Under the pieces are notes generated by a model, which worked only from the letters and a program-made list of their open reading frames with translations, was not told where the DNA came from and searched no databases. This document shows, piece by piece, positions 36,556 through 45,361 of a stretch of DNA of 64,000 nucleotides (position 1 is its first letter; every line of letters begins with the position of its first letter). Location of the stretch: positions 3,686 to 67,685 of IMG/VR virus record IMGVR_UViG_3300045988_136686, one strand, 5' to 3'. The DNA comes from a virus. The position numbers were made by a program, and so were the translations under genes.

Positions 36556-36870
36556 ATGACTATTAACGAAAGATTCTCAGAAATTCTCAAAACGAAAAGA
36601 ATTAGCGTCAAAGAAGCTGCCTCCATTATTGGGAAATCAGAAGTGTATATTAGGAAACTAATTCGTCCCGGAGAAAGTTTCGGTATAGAACCTGTTCTTT
36701 TAATCCTAAATAGTATCGATGGAATAAACCCAGATTGGTTATTGAGAGGTAAGGGTGAAATGTTTTTAGATAATAACACCCCAGAGAATGCAGCCCCGAT
36801 AACACAGGAACGCTTGTTTTCTGTCATCGAAAGCCAACAAAGGACAATCGAAAACCTTTCAAAAAAATAG
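36556..36870 (+). CDS. HTH transcriptional regulator (repressor/Cro-like)
   Basis: MTINERFSEILKTKRISVKEAASIIGKSEVYIRKL...PDWLLRGKGEMF. The track start at 36535 is GTG. Confidence 0.7.
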   Translation: MTINERFSEILKTKRISVKEAASIIGKSEVYIRKLIRPGESFGIEPVLLILNSIDGINPDWLLRGKGEMFLDNNTPENAAPITQERLFSVIESQQRTIENLSKK

Positions 36871-37329
36871 TTTTCTATATTATATGAGCAATCTTCCAAT
36901 AGTTCCCCTGCAACAGATGACTGTTTTCCAACCCGAATCCGACGGGCAGGGGAATATAGTATAATGGAAAGCTGTCTGAACTACTTTTGACAAAATTTGC
37001 CAATCCTTTTCTCTCTCCATTTTTTGTTCGTTTCTATTTTATTGAACTTGGTGAAGCGTGCCCGGTTGCCGAATTGCCGGATATTACTTACACGTCACGA
37101 CTTCGTTACTTCACCCCGACCGATCGCAAGTCTCGGCGTTCCCGCTATTGCGACTCTCGGTGTTCGATTCCGTTATTCATTACGCCAATAAGCTAACTTT
37201 TATTAGGTATTTGTATTTTTAATTTTATTTACTACCTTTGTTGTATTAACACAATACAAAGATACAGAATATTTCTGCAAAATATACAGATAAAACAGAA
37301 AATATTTGGATATTATATATATTTAACAC

Positions 37330-37860
37330 ATGAACGCCGCACAAAGATTAGAAGCCATTCTGAATTACTATGGTATAAATGCTAAGTCATTATCTGAGAA
37401 ATGTGGATATGGTAGGCCGCAAGGAATATACGATGTTCAAAATGGGAAAACAAAAGAAATTTCAACCACAATGGCAAACAAGATTTTATCTGTATTCCCT
37501 GAATTAAATAGAGTGTGGCTTCTCACAGGAGAGGGAAATATGATTAATGAAAGAAATAATTCAAGCATTATTGATAGCAACAATAACAATAGAGGAATTA
37601 TACAAAATAGTCATGGAAATATCAATAATGGTAATATTTCCATATCTTTGCCGGAAAGAGGTCAGCAAAAAATTATTGATCCAGACGGAAGGGTCACAAT
37701 AGAGAATACCAGTTCAGGCGCTCATGATTACCTGAACGAAATAAATAGACTTAACCAGAGGATACAAGACCTTGAAAGAATTATCAGCGGACATGAAGCT
37801 ACAATAAAGTCGAAAGACGATTTAATATGTATATTGAGGAGCGCATTAGATAAGAAATGA
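37330..37860 (+). CDS. HTH transcriptional regulator (CI-like) with coiled-coil C-terminus
   Basis: RLEAILNYYGINAKSLSEKCGY...RVWLLTGEGNMI. Same family signature as 36556..36870. Confidence 0.7.
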   Translation: MNAAQRLEAILNYYGINAKSLSEKCGYGRPQGIYDVQNGKTKEISTTMANKILSVFPELNRVWLLTGEGNMINERNNSSIIDSNNNNRGIIQNSHGNINNGNISISLPERGQQKIIDPDGRVTIENTSSGAHDYLNEINRLNQRIQDLERIISGHEATIKSKDDLICILRSALDKK

Positions 37861-37975
37861 TTTTTAAGTTTTATTGCTTCTAAATATAGCGAATATAACA
37901 ATGATTCTTTATACTAAAAACTTAGTTTTACAACATAATTTATAAGCAGATTCATACCTTAAAATATCAAATCCT

Positions 37976-39070
37976 ATGGACTTTAAAGATTCAATACAAC
38001 AACTATCTGAAAGAATAGCCAAACAACAAGATGCTATTGTAACGGAAGAGGGAACAAAAAATGCATTCATTATGCCGATGATTGCAGCACTCGGATATGA
38101 CATATTTAATCCATTTGAAGTCGTTCCAGAATTAGACTGCGACCTCATCAAGAAAAAAGGAGAAAAGATAGACTATGCCATAATGAAAGAAGAAAATCCT
38201 ATACTCCTTATAGAATGCAAGCATTGTAAACAAGACCTCAACTTACACGATACACAATTACAGAAATATTTCGTGGCTTCAAAAGCCAGATTCGGAGTAC
38301 TTACAAACGGTATAGAATATAGATTCTATACAGATCTTGACAAGCCCAATATTATGGACGAGAAACCTTTCTTGGTTGTAAATATGTTGGCGCTTACGGA
38401 TGCCGATGTGGAACAATTAAAGAAATTCAGTAAATCATATTATAATGAGGAGGAAATTTTAAGTACCGCCAACGAATTAAAATATGCTATTTCGATAAAG
38501 TCTATATTAAACAATGAGTTTAAGCAACCGTCACCCGATTTTGTTCGATTGCTTGCCAAACAGGCATACGACGGGCAAATTACACAGAAAATAATAGAGC
38601 AATTCACACCTATTATAAAACGATCTGTTCAAAGTATTATAAATGACACAATTTCAGACAGGCTGAATGTCGCCATTAAGACGAATGACGACAAAACAAA
38701 ACAGGAAGAAGATAGTACACAAAATGCAAAAGAAGAACTTCCTGATGGTGTTGTGTTCAGTGACAGAGATTCAGGAATTGTTACTACACAAGAGGAGATA
38801 GATGCTTATAATATTATAAGAAGCATATTGAGAAAAAGTATAGATGCGCAAAGAATAACTTATAAAGACAACAAGACATACTTTGTTGTAAACATAGATA
38901 ACGGCTATTGGTGGATATGCAGATTCTATTTCGGTAGTCGAAAAAAGCAAATATGTTTTCCTACGGACAATTACAAATCAAAAGAAATGTTCGAAATAGA
39001 AACGATAGATGACATCTTCAACTATGAAGATAAACTAATTGAATCATTGAAAATGGCTTTAAGAGAATAA
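37976..39070 (+). CDS. PD-(D/E)xK nuclease-fold protein (type I restriction HsdR N-terminal-like domain), paralog A
   Basis: 364 aa. EEGTKNAFIMPMIAALGY, KIDYAIM (D), LLIECKH (ExK), QLQKYF and GVLTNGIEYRFY. About three quarters identical to 60363..61523 over the first 60 aa by my manual alignment. Confidence 0.65.
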   Translation: MDFKDSIQQLSERIAKQQDAIVTEEGTKNAFIMPMIAALGYDIFNPFEVVPELDCDLIKKKGEKIDYAIMKEENPILLIECKHCKQDLNLHDTQLQKYFVASKARFGVLTNGIEYRFYTDLDKPNIMDEKPFLVVNMLALTDADVEQLKKFSKSYYNEEEILSTANELKYAISIKSILNNEFKQPSPDFVRLLAKQAYDGQITQKIIEQFTPIIKRSVQSIINDTISDRLNVAIKTNDDKTKQEEDSTQNAKEELPDGVVFSDRDSGIVTTQEEIDAYNIIRSILRKSIDAQRITYKDNKTYFVVNIDNGYWWICRFYFGSRKKQICFPTDNYKSKEMFEIETIDDIFNYEDKLIESLKMALRE

Positions 39071-39094
39071 TTAATTTATTAAAATTATCAAGTT

Positions 39095-39598
39095 ATGAAA
39101 AATCTTACATTACTCTTATTCAACATCTTACTATTAGCTTTTACCTCTTGCACACAGACAAATGAAGACAAAGCTCGCAGTTTAATAGAAGATCAACTTA
39201 AAAAAACAATGAATGATTGGAGCAGCTACGAATTTGTAGAGATGACACCCCTCGATAGCTCTTTCAGCGTACTATCAGACAACGAAGAATATTATAATCT
39301 TGGATTGAAGTTAAAAGTTTTAGACGCAAAATCAAATTACTTTATTTCAAATGTTAGTTCCGATTACCGAAACATGGACATGTGGACAGATAGTGCGAAA
39401 CAGGTAATTGCAGAGATGGAATCAGTAAACAAAAGAATGGACGAAATTCAATCATCATTTGTCCCAGAACATAATGGCTGGTGGACTAATTTCACTTGTA
39501 GAGGAAATAACAAATTAGGTCAAAAGGTTATATCAAAGACACGTTATTATTTTAACAAGGAAATTACGGAAATAACAGATACTAAAAAGGTTGAATAG
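39095..39598 (+). CDS. lipoprotein
   Basis: 167 aa. Lipobox LLLAFTSC. Confidence 0.65.
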   Translation: MKNLTLLLFNILLLAFTSCTQTNEDKARSLIEDQLKKTMNDWSSYEFVEMTPLDSSFSVLSDNEEYYNLGLKLKVLDAKSNYFISNVSSDYRNMDMWTDSAKQVIAEMESVNKRMDEIQSSFVPEHNGWWTNFTCRGNNKLGQKVISKTRYYFNKEITEITDTKKVE

Positions 39599-39722
39599 TT
39601 GTGTCCAAATTTAGATAAGTCATGAAGAAGATAGTTGAGAAATAGTGACGGAAAAGAAATAGGTATGCTTTTTAGTTGCTATGCTTTTAAATACATAAAA
39701 TAGTATTTATTCGCTATAATAC

Positions 39723-41018
39723 TCACTCTATCTCTTTCAACACATCTAACTTGATTTCATCATCTATGTCACGATAACGGGCAAATGCCTTGCTGCCCTC
39801 TACATGACCGCTCATAGACCCGATAATATTCGGGTCTTTTACTTTTTTATAAATATTCCCGATAAATGTACGACGTGCGAGGTGCGAGCTGGCAATCTCA
39901 TATATAGGCTTTTGCTCCTCTTTCTGCGTTACCGGATTTATTACGGTGACTTTTCTGTCGATGCCCGCCATTCTTAAAATCTTCTTGATGGAATCATTGT
40001 ATTTTTGCTCAGAGATAAAGGGGAAAAGTGTACGTCCTCCATATTCCTTGTACTTTTCCAATATTTCAATCGCTTTTTTAGTCAAAGGCACACGAGCATA
40101 TTCCTGATTATCCCCTTTCGTTTTTGTCGGAACATATTCAATAGCCCCGTCATTGATGTTTTCACGAGTTAACCTGTACAAATCACTTACTCTACAACCA
40201 ATCATACATTGAAAGACAAATATATCACGCTGTATGGCAAGAAAAGGATTGTTCGGCATTGGAAAATTGTACACCCTGTCACGCTCTTCTAAGGTAAGGA
40301 AATAAGGCCTCCCATATATTTGCTCCTTTATGGAATAATTTGCAAAAGGGTTGGTCGTTGTCTCCCCCATTCTCACTGCCCAAATATAGAACACCCTTAA
40401 CTTCGTCATCATGTTAGCAATAGTATTTCTACCTCTCGGCGATAACTTCTTGACTCCCTCATATAACGACGGGTATAATTCTGCTAATCTATACTCGTTT
40501 TTTAGATAATCTTCGAAATTAGACAAGTCAAATGCAGATATTTCGAGGCTCCACCTGAATTTTCCTCCATTAAAAATTTCGTAATTTTCATACCGGATCA
40601 TTATCCGCTTTAAAACATCATAATGTTCCTCTCGCTTCTCATCGTATTGTTTATAGATTAGGAATTTGTCAAATATATCGAAGAAATCATCATTAACAGG
40701 TGTTTCACCATTCACTCTACGCTGCATGGCATCACGCAACCATTCGCTCGTTGGCTGGTAGTCGTCTCCTCTTTCCTCCCATGTCCGAAGTATAAGAGAC
40801 TTTAATTCACTCACTTTTTCGTTGAAAATTCGTCTCTCTTTATCCGGGTACAATGCCCTCGATTTTATTTCTTCTCTCTTGTTGTCGAAAAGATCTACGT
40901 TTATCTGTAAATCGCTTACATAATATAATAATTTTGCCACCGGAGTAGATAGTCGGAAACGTACATTTACTATGTTATTTTTTTTGCTGGAACGAACGTA
41001 TGCTTTAACGGTTGCCAT
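39723..41018 (-). CDS. int: tyrosine recombinase / phage integrase
   Basis: Start trimmed to MATVKAYVR (the track start at 41045 is TTG). Catalytic SHLARRTF (HxxR) and FARYRD Tyr region. Confidence 0.85.
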   Translation of the reverse strand: MATVKAYVRSSKKNNIVNVRFRLSTPVAKLLYYVSDLQINVDLFDNKREEIKSRALYPDKERRIFNEKVSELKSLILRTWEERGDDYQPTSEWLRDAMQRRVNGETPVNDDFFDIFDKFLIYKQYDEKREEHYDVLKRIMIRYENYEIFNGGKFRWSLEISAFDLSNFEDYLKNEYRLAELYPSLYEGVKKLSPRGRNTIANMMTKLRVFYIWAVRMGETTTNPFANYSIKEQIYGRPYFLTLEERDRVYNFPMPNNPFLAIQRDIFVFQCMIGCRVSDLYRLTRENINDGAIEYVPTKTKGDNQEYARVPLTKKAIEILEKYKEYGGRTLFPFISEQKYNDSIKKILRMAGIDRKVTVINPVTQKEEQKPIYEIASSHLARRTFIGNIYKKVKDPNIIGSMSGHVEGSKAFARYRDIDDEIKLDVLKEIE

Positions 41019-41196
41019 AATTCCATTGCATTTTGTTTTGTGCAAAGTAAGTAATTATTTGCACAAATGAAGCACAAATTAAACTCAAAATATGTGTTAA
41101 ATCACACTATTAAACATACAACGAACCTAAATATAACAGCCAAAAGCCCGTATTTATCGGGATATAAAGCAAAATGAATGTTAAAACGCTTTTTAC

Positions 41197-41219
41197 GTTC
41201 AACTCCCCCTCCTTCCGCA
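41197..41219 (+). other. attP core candidate: 3' fragment of a tRNA gene
   Basis: GTTCAACTCCCCCTCCTTCCGCA reads as T-loop, 3' T-stem and 3' acceptor strand. No matching 5' half lies upstream. Located 179 nt from the integrase start. Confidence 0.55.
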
Positions 41220-41223
41220 AATG

Positions 41224-41262
41224 AAAAGCGTAACATTTTGTATAATACAGTGTTACGCTTTT
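41224..41262. terminator. 12-bp perfect hairpin (bidirectional terminator-like)
   Basis: AAAAGCGTAACA-15 nt-TGTTACGCTTTT. Confidence 0.6.
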
Positions 41263-41309
41263 AACATTTTAAATATGCACAATATTTGCACAAGATATTA
41301 TAATCCTAT

Positions 41310-41507
41310 TTACTCTTTCTCTTCCAAAGTTACATCAATTCCTACGATATCACAATATTTAAGGAAGTTGTTCAAGTTGACATTCTTCCCACTTTCAATG
41401 GCAATGACTGTTCCAAAGTTCATACCCTGTTTCCAGATATTATATTGGGACAGCCCCTTTTCTTCGCGAATCTTACGCACTTGTTTCGATAATTCTTCTA
41501 TTGTCAT
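41310..41507 (-). CDS. XRE-family HTH protein
   Basis: 65 aa. LSKQVRKIREEKGLSQYNIWKQGMNFGTVIAIESGK. Confidence 0.75.
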   Translation of the reverse strand: MTIEELSKQVRKIREEKGLSQYNIWKQGMNFGTVIAIESGKNVNLNNFLKYCDIVGIDVTLEEKE

Positions 41508-41803
41508 ACTCCTATTAATTCCTTCTTTATCGCCTCTAAAAATGCGATAGATGTTAATACCGTATTCCTATAATTATAATCACTACCTGCTGCAATTGCA
41601 TTCTTACGACCGTCTAAAATCAGCGTATCAATGAACAACACCATTTGCCGAACCGTAATATTGCCGATGTCTGCCGAGAATGTCGATAGCGATGTATAAT
41701 ACTTCATAGCCTGTTTTAAAAGCCCCCGTATTTTAGTCTTATCAGGATTTTTACCGGTAATACGCTTAATGCTGATCTTCGCGGAGAGATTCGACCCTGA
41801 CAA
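41504..41803 (-). CDS. hypothetical protein, 3' part of a reading frame interrupted by TAG
   Basis: The track start is TTG. The same frame is open upstream through a TAG at 41837-41839 to an ATG at 41971 (MKREFPLFIVDH...). Confidence 0.45.
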   Translation of the reverse strand: MSGSNLSAKISIKRITGKNPDKTKIRGLLKQAMKYYTSLSTFSADIGNITVRQMVLFIDTLILDGRKNAIAAGSDYNYRNTVLTSIAFLEAIKKELIGV

Positions 41804-41975
41804 TCCGGGCTCTATGCGGTAATCTTCTCCGACTTCCTAAACAATACCGTCCATATACTCGACTTTGGCGATGAATCCATTGTCTATGTCCGAACAGTAT
41901 ATGAAGTCGACTTCTCCGAACTTGTGCGCCCGGTTATGGTCTACAATGAATAATGGAAATTCCCTTTTCATAATT

Positions 41976-42425
41976 TTATAGAATGGTTACAAATTCTTCT
42001 CCGATATTGAAATTACGGTTATACTTCCATGTGCTATTGTCGTTTTTCCTTTTTGCTAATTGAATTTCAACCGTCATATCGTTGTTTATTAGAAATGTTG
42101 CCGACCATTGTGATTGGGTAGACGGATAATCGTAACCCAATATTCGCTTGTATTCGTCCTCCGTAATTTCGTTTTCAAACCAGACTGTTTTGCCAGATTC
42201 AGAAGATATACGATTTAACGACAATAAAACACCTTTAATCTCAATATTCAGCCCGTCAGGATTTTCTTCTATCACACGCCGTGCTATTTCTGTGCGTTCT
42301 TCTTTGTTTGTTCCTGCAAACCCGTTATGAGAGGTAGATTTATTGGCATTGTCATACTTGGCATTCGTTTCGTCGATTATCACATCTTTACGACCACTGA
42401 TTAAGTACTTAATTTGAGTTTTCAT
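41976..42425 (-). CDS. hypothetical protein
   Basis: 149 aa. First gene of a three-gene unit next to attP. Confidence 0.55.
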   Translation of the reverse strand: MKTQIKYLISGRKDVIIDETNAKYDNANKSTSHNGFAGTNKEERTEIARRVIEENPDGLNIEIKGVLLSLNRISSESGKTVWFENEITEDEYKRILGYDYPSTQSQWSATFLINNDMTVEIQLAKRKNDNSTWKYNRNFNIGEEFVTIL

Positions 42426-42682
42426 ATCGTTTTTTTTAATTGGTTACTGTTTGTTTTTGATTACATGGTAAAGATACTACATTTTATTGTATATACAAAA
42501 TATTATAGTATAAATGTTTTATGATTTATCAATATTTAACAAAACGAATGATGTGGAAGATTTTCCGCAAAAATGATTGACATGGAATTAAACACGAATG
42601 CCGGAGCTTCTCACCCCGGCATTTCCCTGTTCATCATTTGCATTTCCGAATATTCCTTTGAAATTTTCTGCTTATAACGCTT

Positions 42683-43129
42683 TCATTCTGCTATAAATAA
42701 TTCTTTAAGCTCAACTAAGTCTCCCGATGTAATACGAATATACCCCATATTTCCAAATACCAAATTAGTCAGGAGATTATTTGGTATTTCTATTTTCATA
42801 GCCCCGGAGCCAAGATTACCTTTAAGAATACCCAGATTAAATTCTCTTTCTTCCATAGAATTGAACATTTCAATGAAATCATCGAATAGCATATTAACAT
42901 CTATGTTCCCATTTTCGTCGCAAATAAATAAAGATAATCCATCGATAAGTTCGTTAATCTTTTTGTCTTCTTTCAACAAATAATTTTTTGCTCCACGTTT
43001 GAGGTATGTGGATACAGTTTTTAATTGGGGATTATTTCGTGTAAAATCATCGATCCTATCATCTATCCATGTATGAGCAGCCTTATTAAACTTTGTTTTT
43101 ACAGCTTCCAGTTTTTCTTTCAGTTCCAT
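42683..43129 (-). CDS. hypothetical protein
   Basis: 148 aa ORF. Confidence 0.55.
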   Translation of the reverse strand: MELKEKLEAVKTKFNKAAHTWIDDRIDDFTRNNPQLKTVSTYLKRGAKNYLLKEDKKINELIDGLSLFICDENGNIDVNMLFDDFIEMFNSMEEREFNLGILKGNLGSGAMKIEIPNNLLTNLVFGNMGYIRITSGDLVELKELFIAE

Positions 43130-43608
43130 TATTTCTTAGATTTAGACGATGTTTTTCTTTGTTTCATATCCATAAATTCATTCCAGCTCATGTCGCTGTA
43201 CTGAGTAATATATTCGTTCATCAAGGCGTCCTTTTTATCCGCTTCGTCCTTAACAGTTTTCTTCAATCGTTTGGTGAGGGTAAGGTGTTTGTCCAACGCA
43301 TCTTTCCCGTCCTTTGTCCCTTCGACTATCGGTCTCATAATCCGCATATACTCCCGGTTGAGAATACTCTGAATTTCCATGCTGCTTTGCTGAAATTCTT
43401 CATTCTCTTGCATAAACCTAAACTCCTTTTCGGTCAAGGAGTCCATAATCCTGTCTATTTCGTCCCACACGGGAGAAGAAGTCGTTTGCGCAGATTGCCG
43501 ATAGTTTCTTTTCATTTCAGCAATTTTTTGTTGCATGGCTTCCTGTTCTCTCTCCAATTCGGGGATAGAAAAGTTCCTGTCGTTTAATAAAGGGTCTGTA
43601 AAATTCAT
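43129..43608 (-). CDS. hypothetical coiled-coil protein
   Basis: 159 aa, rich in E, K and Q. Confidence 0.55.
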   Translation of the reverse strand: MNFTDPLLNDRNFSIPELEREQEAMQQKIAEMKRNYRQSAQTTSSPVWDEIDRIMDSLTEKEFRFMQENEEFQQSSMEIQSILNREYMRIMRPIVEGTKDGKDALDKHLTLTKRLKKTVKDEADKKDALMNEYITQYSDMSWNEFMDMKQRKTSSKSKK

Positions 43609-43706
43609 AATTATTCGTGTTAGTGGTTAGTAATCGGTAATGAAAGTGGTATCGCCCCCGAAGGGGCTCTACCACTAACGCTTTTTCTTGCGTTTCTTTT
43701 CGGCCT

Positions 43707-44408
43707 TTATGCCGTCGGAGTTTCCGACGCTGCTCTTTGGCAGTTGCAACCGAAAGGGTTTGCACCCTCCAAAACAGTTACGGTAGGAGTAGAAGGAAGA
43801 CCTACAACGCCATAGATAGCTCGGCAAGTCTTGCGATCCGTGTAATTGATGGAGGCTGTGAAGGCACGATCGATTTCGCACTGAATCAATCTGTCTTGAT
43901 ACGGGCGGGTGGCTTCCAAAACAGCTACCTTCTTGTCCAGTTCATTGAATTTGTTGGCGTATCGCTCGTTCAATACATCGTATAAATCTCGGCTTGTCTT
44001 GTAAAGCCCGAAATCTGCATCGATTTGCGACTTATACAACTGGAATTTTTCAGCCACATCGGTTTCACGATGTGCATACATTTGGTCTTGCGTGTTGACT
44101 TTTAATCCCCAAATGGTATTGGTGAGAGCAATTGCATCCTCGCATTCTTTTTCCCATGCTTGAAATGCGGTGGGAGCGACAGCACTTGAACCTCCCCAGC
44201 CACCAGTCGTCGTGTTGATGTTTACGTTCTCAGGCATGGAACCGCCACCGAAAATCCCGTTACGTCTTCCCCAAAGTGCACCTGCGCCAAGAGCTGTACC
44301 AACGATTCCCAATGCTAAACCGGCATTACCTACACCCTTAGAGGCATACTCTTTCTTTCCTTCTTCGTAGACTTTCTTTTCTACGATTTCTCTGTTAATT
44401 CCTTCCAT
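43707..44408 (-). CDS. hypothetical membrane protein with glycine-zipper helix
   Basis: 233 aa. GVGNAGLALGIVGTALGAGALWG followed by a Gly-rich linker. Confidence 0.55.
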   Translation of the reverse strand: MEGINREIVEKKVYEEGKKEYASKGVGNAGLALGIVGTALGAGALWGRRNGIFGGGSMPENVNINTTTGGWGGSSAVAPTAFQAWEKECEDAIALTNTIWGLKVNTQDQMYAHRETDVAEKFQLYKSQIDADFGLYKTSRDLYDVLNERYANKFNELDKKVAVLEATRPYQDRLIQCEIDRAFTASINYTDRKTCRAIYGVVGLPSTPTVTVLEGANPFGCNCQRAASETPTA

Positions 44409-44478
44409 ATGTTTTTATTTTTTTAGTTATACCGAAAGAACATCTTCCGGTGTGTCAAACATACGGTCATAACAGTTG

Positions 44479-44778
44479 CTATCTATGAATTTCAGTTGCT
44501 ATGCGTTTGCTAATTAGTTGATTGTTCTTTAATAGAATGTAACTTTGTGAAATCCTGTGTGATAACGTGTTTTTCAACTTATTCACTCCTTGTCGTGTCA
44601 TAGACAAGTAAGACGCTATATTTTCTTCCGTAAATCCGAGCGATACCAACGCACAGATGAGCAGGCAACGTGCGTCGACCGCATTTTTGTTCGCACCGTT
44701 AATCAATTCGCCGTAACACAGCTCACATTCCTCGCAAACGATTTGCAAGACGTGTTCAAAGATTTCATTGGTTTTCAT
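44479..44778 (-). CDS. putative HTH regulator
   Basis: 99 aa. ENIASYLSMTRQGVNKLKN is HTH-like. Confidence 0.45.
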   Translation of the reverse strand: MKTNEIFEHVLQIVCEECELCYGELINGANKNAVDARCLLICALVSLGFTEENIASYLSMTRQGVNKLKNTLSHRISQSYILLKNNQLISKRIATEIHR

Positions 44779-44825
44779 ATCTCTTGCATTTTTAAATATT
44801 TGTTAAATTATAGATTGTTGACACA

Positions 44826-44888
44826 ATAAAAAAACATCACGTTCCTGTTTAAAGGCTGTGAAAGCCTCGTAACATTCCCCGTGATGTT
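44826..44888 (-). terminator. terminator after lysis cassette
   Basis: Minus strand reads AACATCACG...CGTGATGTT stem with an inner AGGCT/AGCCT hairpin, followed by TTTTTTTATTG. Confidence 0.55.
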
Positions 44889-44971
44889 GTCTCTTGTTAG
44901 TTTTGGAAGAGCAGCAAGAGATTGAGGCTTTCCTTTATACTCCGAAGCCTCGGAAGGAGTCGTAAATCAAA

Positions 44972-45361
44972 TTATATCAAGAAACCCAGTCCTTTCAATT
45001 TTGTTATCCATTTCATGATGTAAGGGACAAGCAGCAAGACAATGCCACCGAGAGCCCACCAGCACCATCGGGGAGTCTTGTACTTTACTACCTCGACGGG
45101 GTATGGTACTTGTATGCTTTCCGTCTTGGATATATACAGCGTATCGGTTCTGTCCTTGAACCTATATATGTACTTGTATTGGAACTCCCGTATCGTGTCT
45201 CCCGATTTCTCGATGAAAACACTGTCCCGCATGTATATGGAATCGAGCTGCACACGATTCAGATACACCGTGTCGCTCTTTGTCGTTTCCACAGGAACAT
45301 ACACATGTCTGGTACAACTCGTCGCAGCCAAAAACAACAATAGGAATACGATATGTCTCAT
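44972..45361 (-). CDS. unimolecular spanin candidate
   Basis: Start trimmed to MRHIVFLLLFLAATSC (lipobox), which overlaps the endolysin stop (ATGA). C-terminal TM helix WCWWALGGIVLLLVPYIM. Confidence 0.6.
   Translation of the reverse strand: MRHIVFLLLFLAATSCTRHVYVPVETTKSDTVYLNRVQLDSIYMRDSVFIEKSGDTIREFQYKYIYRFKDRTDTLYISKTESIQVPYPVEVVKYKTPRWCWWALGGIVLLLVPYIMKWITKLKGLGFLI

Noticed and set aside
36507-36899. 130-aa minus-strand ORF
   Set aside because: It is antisense to the HTH regulator gene, which has a clear family signature.
37150-37180. tRNA or T-loop-like sequence GGTGTTCGATTCCG
   Set aside because: There is no complementary T-stem and no acceptor pairing. It is not a tRNA.
39723-41300. 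Integrase in mid-window as evidence for two adjacent mobile elements or a prophage end
   Set aside because: Both sides are phage modules that together make one complete gene set. The attP-like core next to the integrase fits a circular or permuted genome better.
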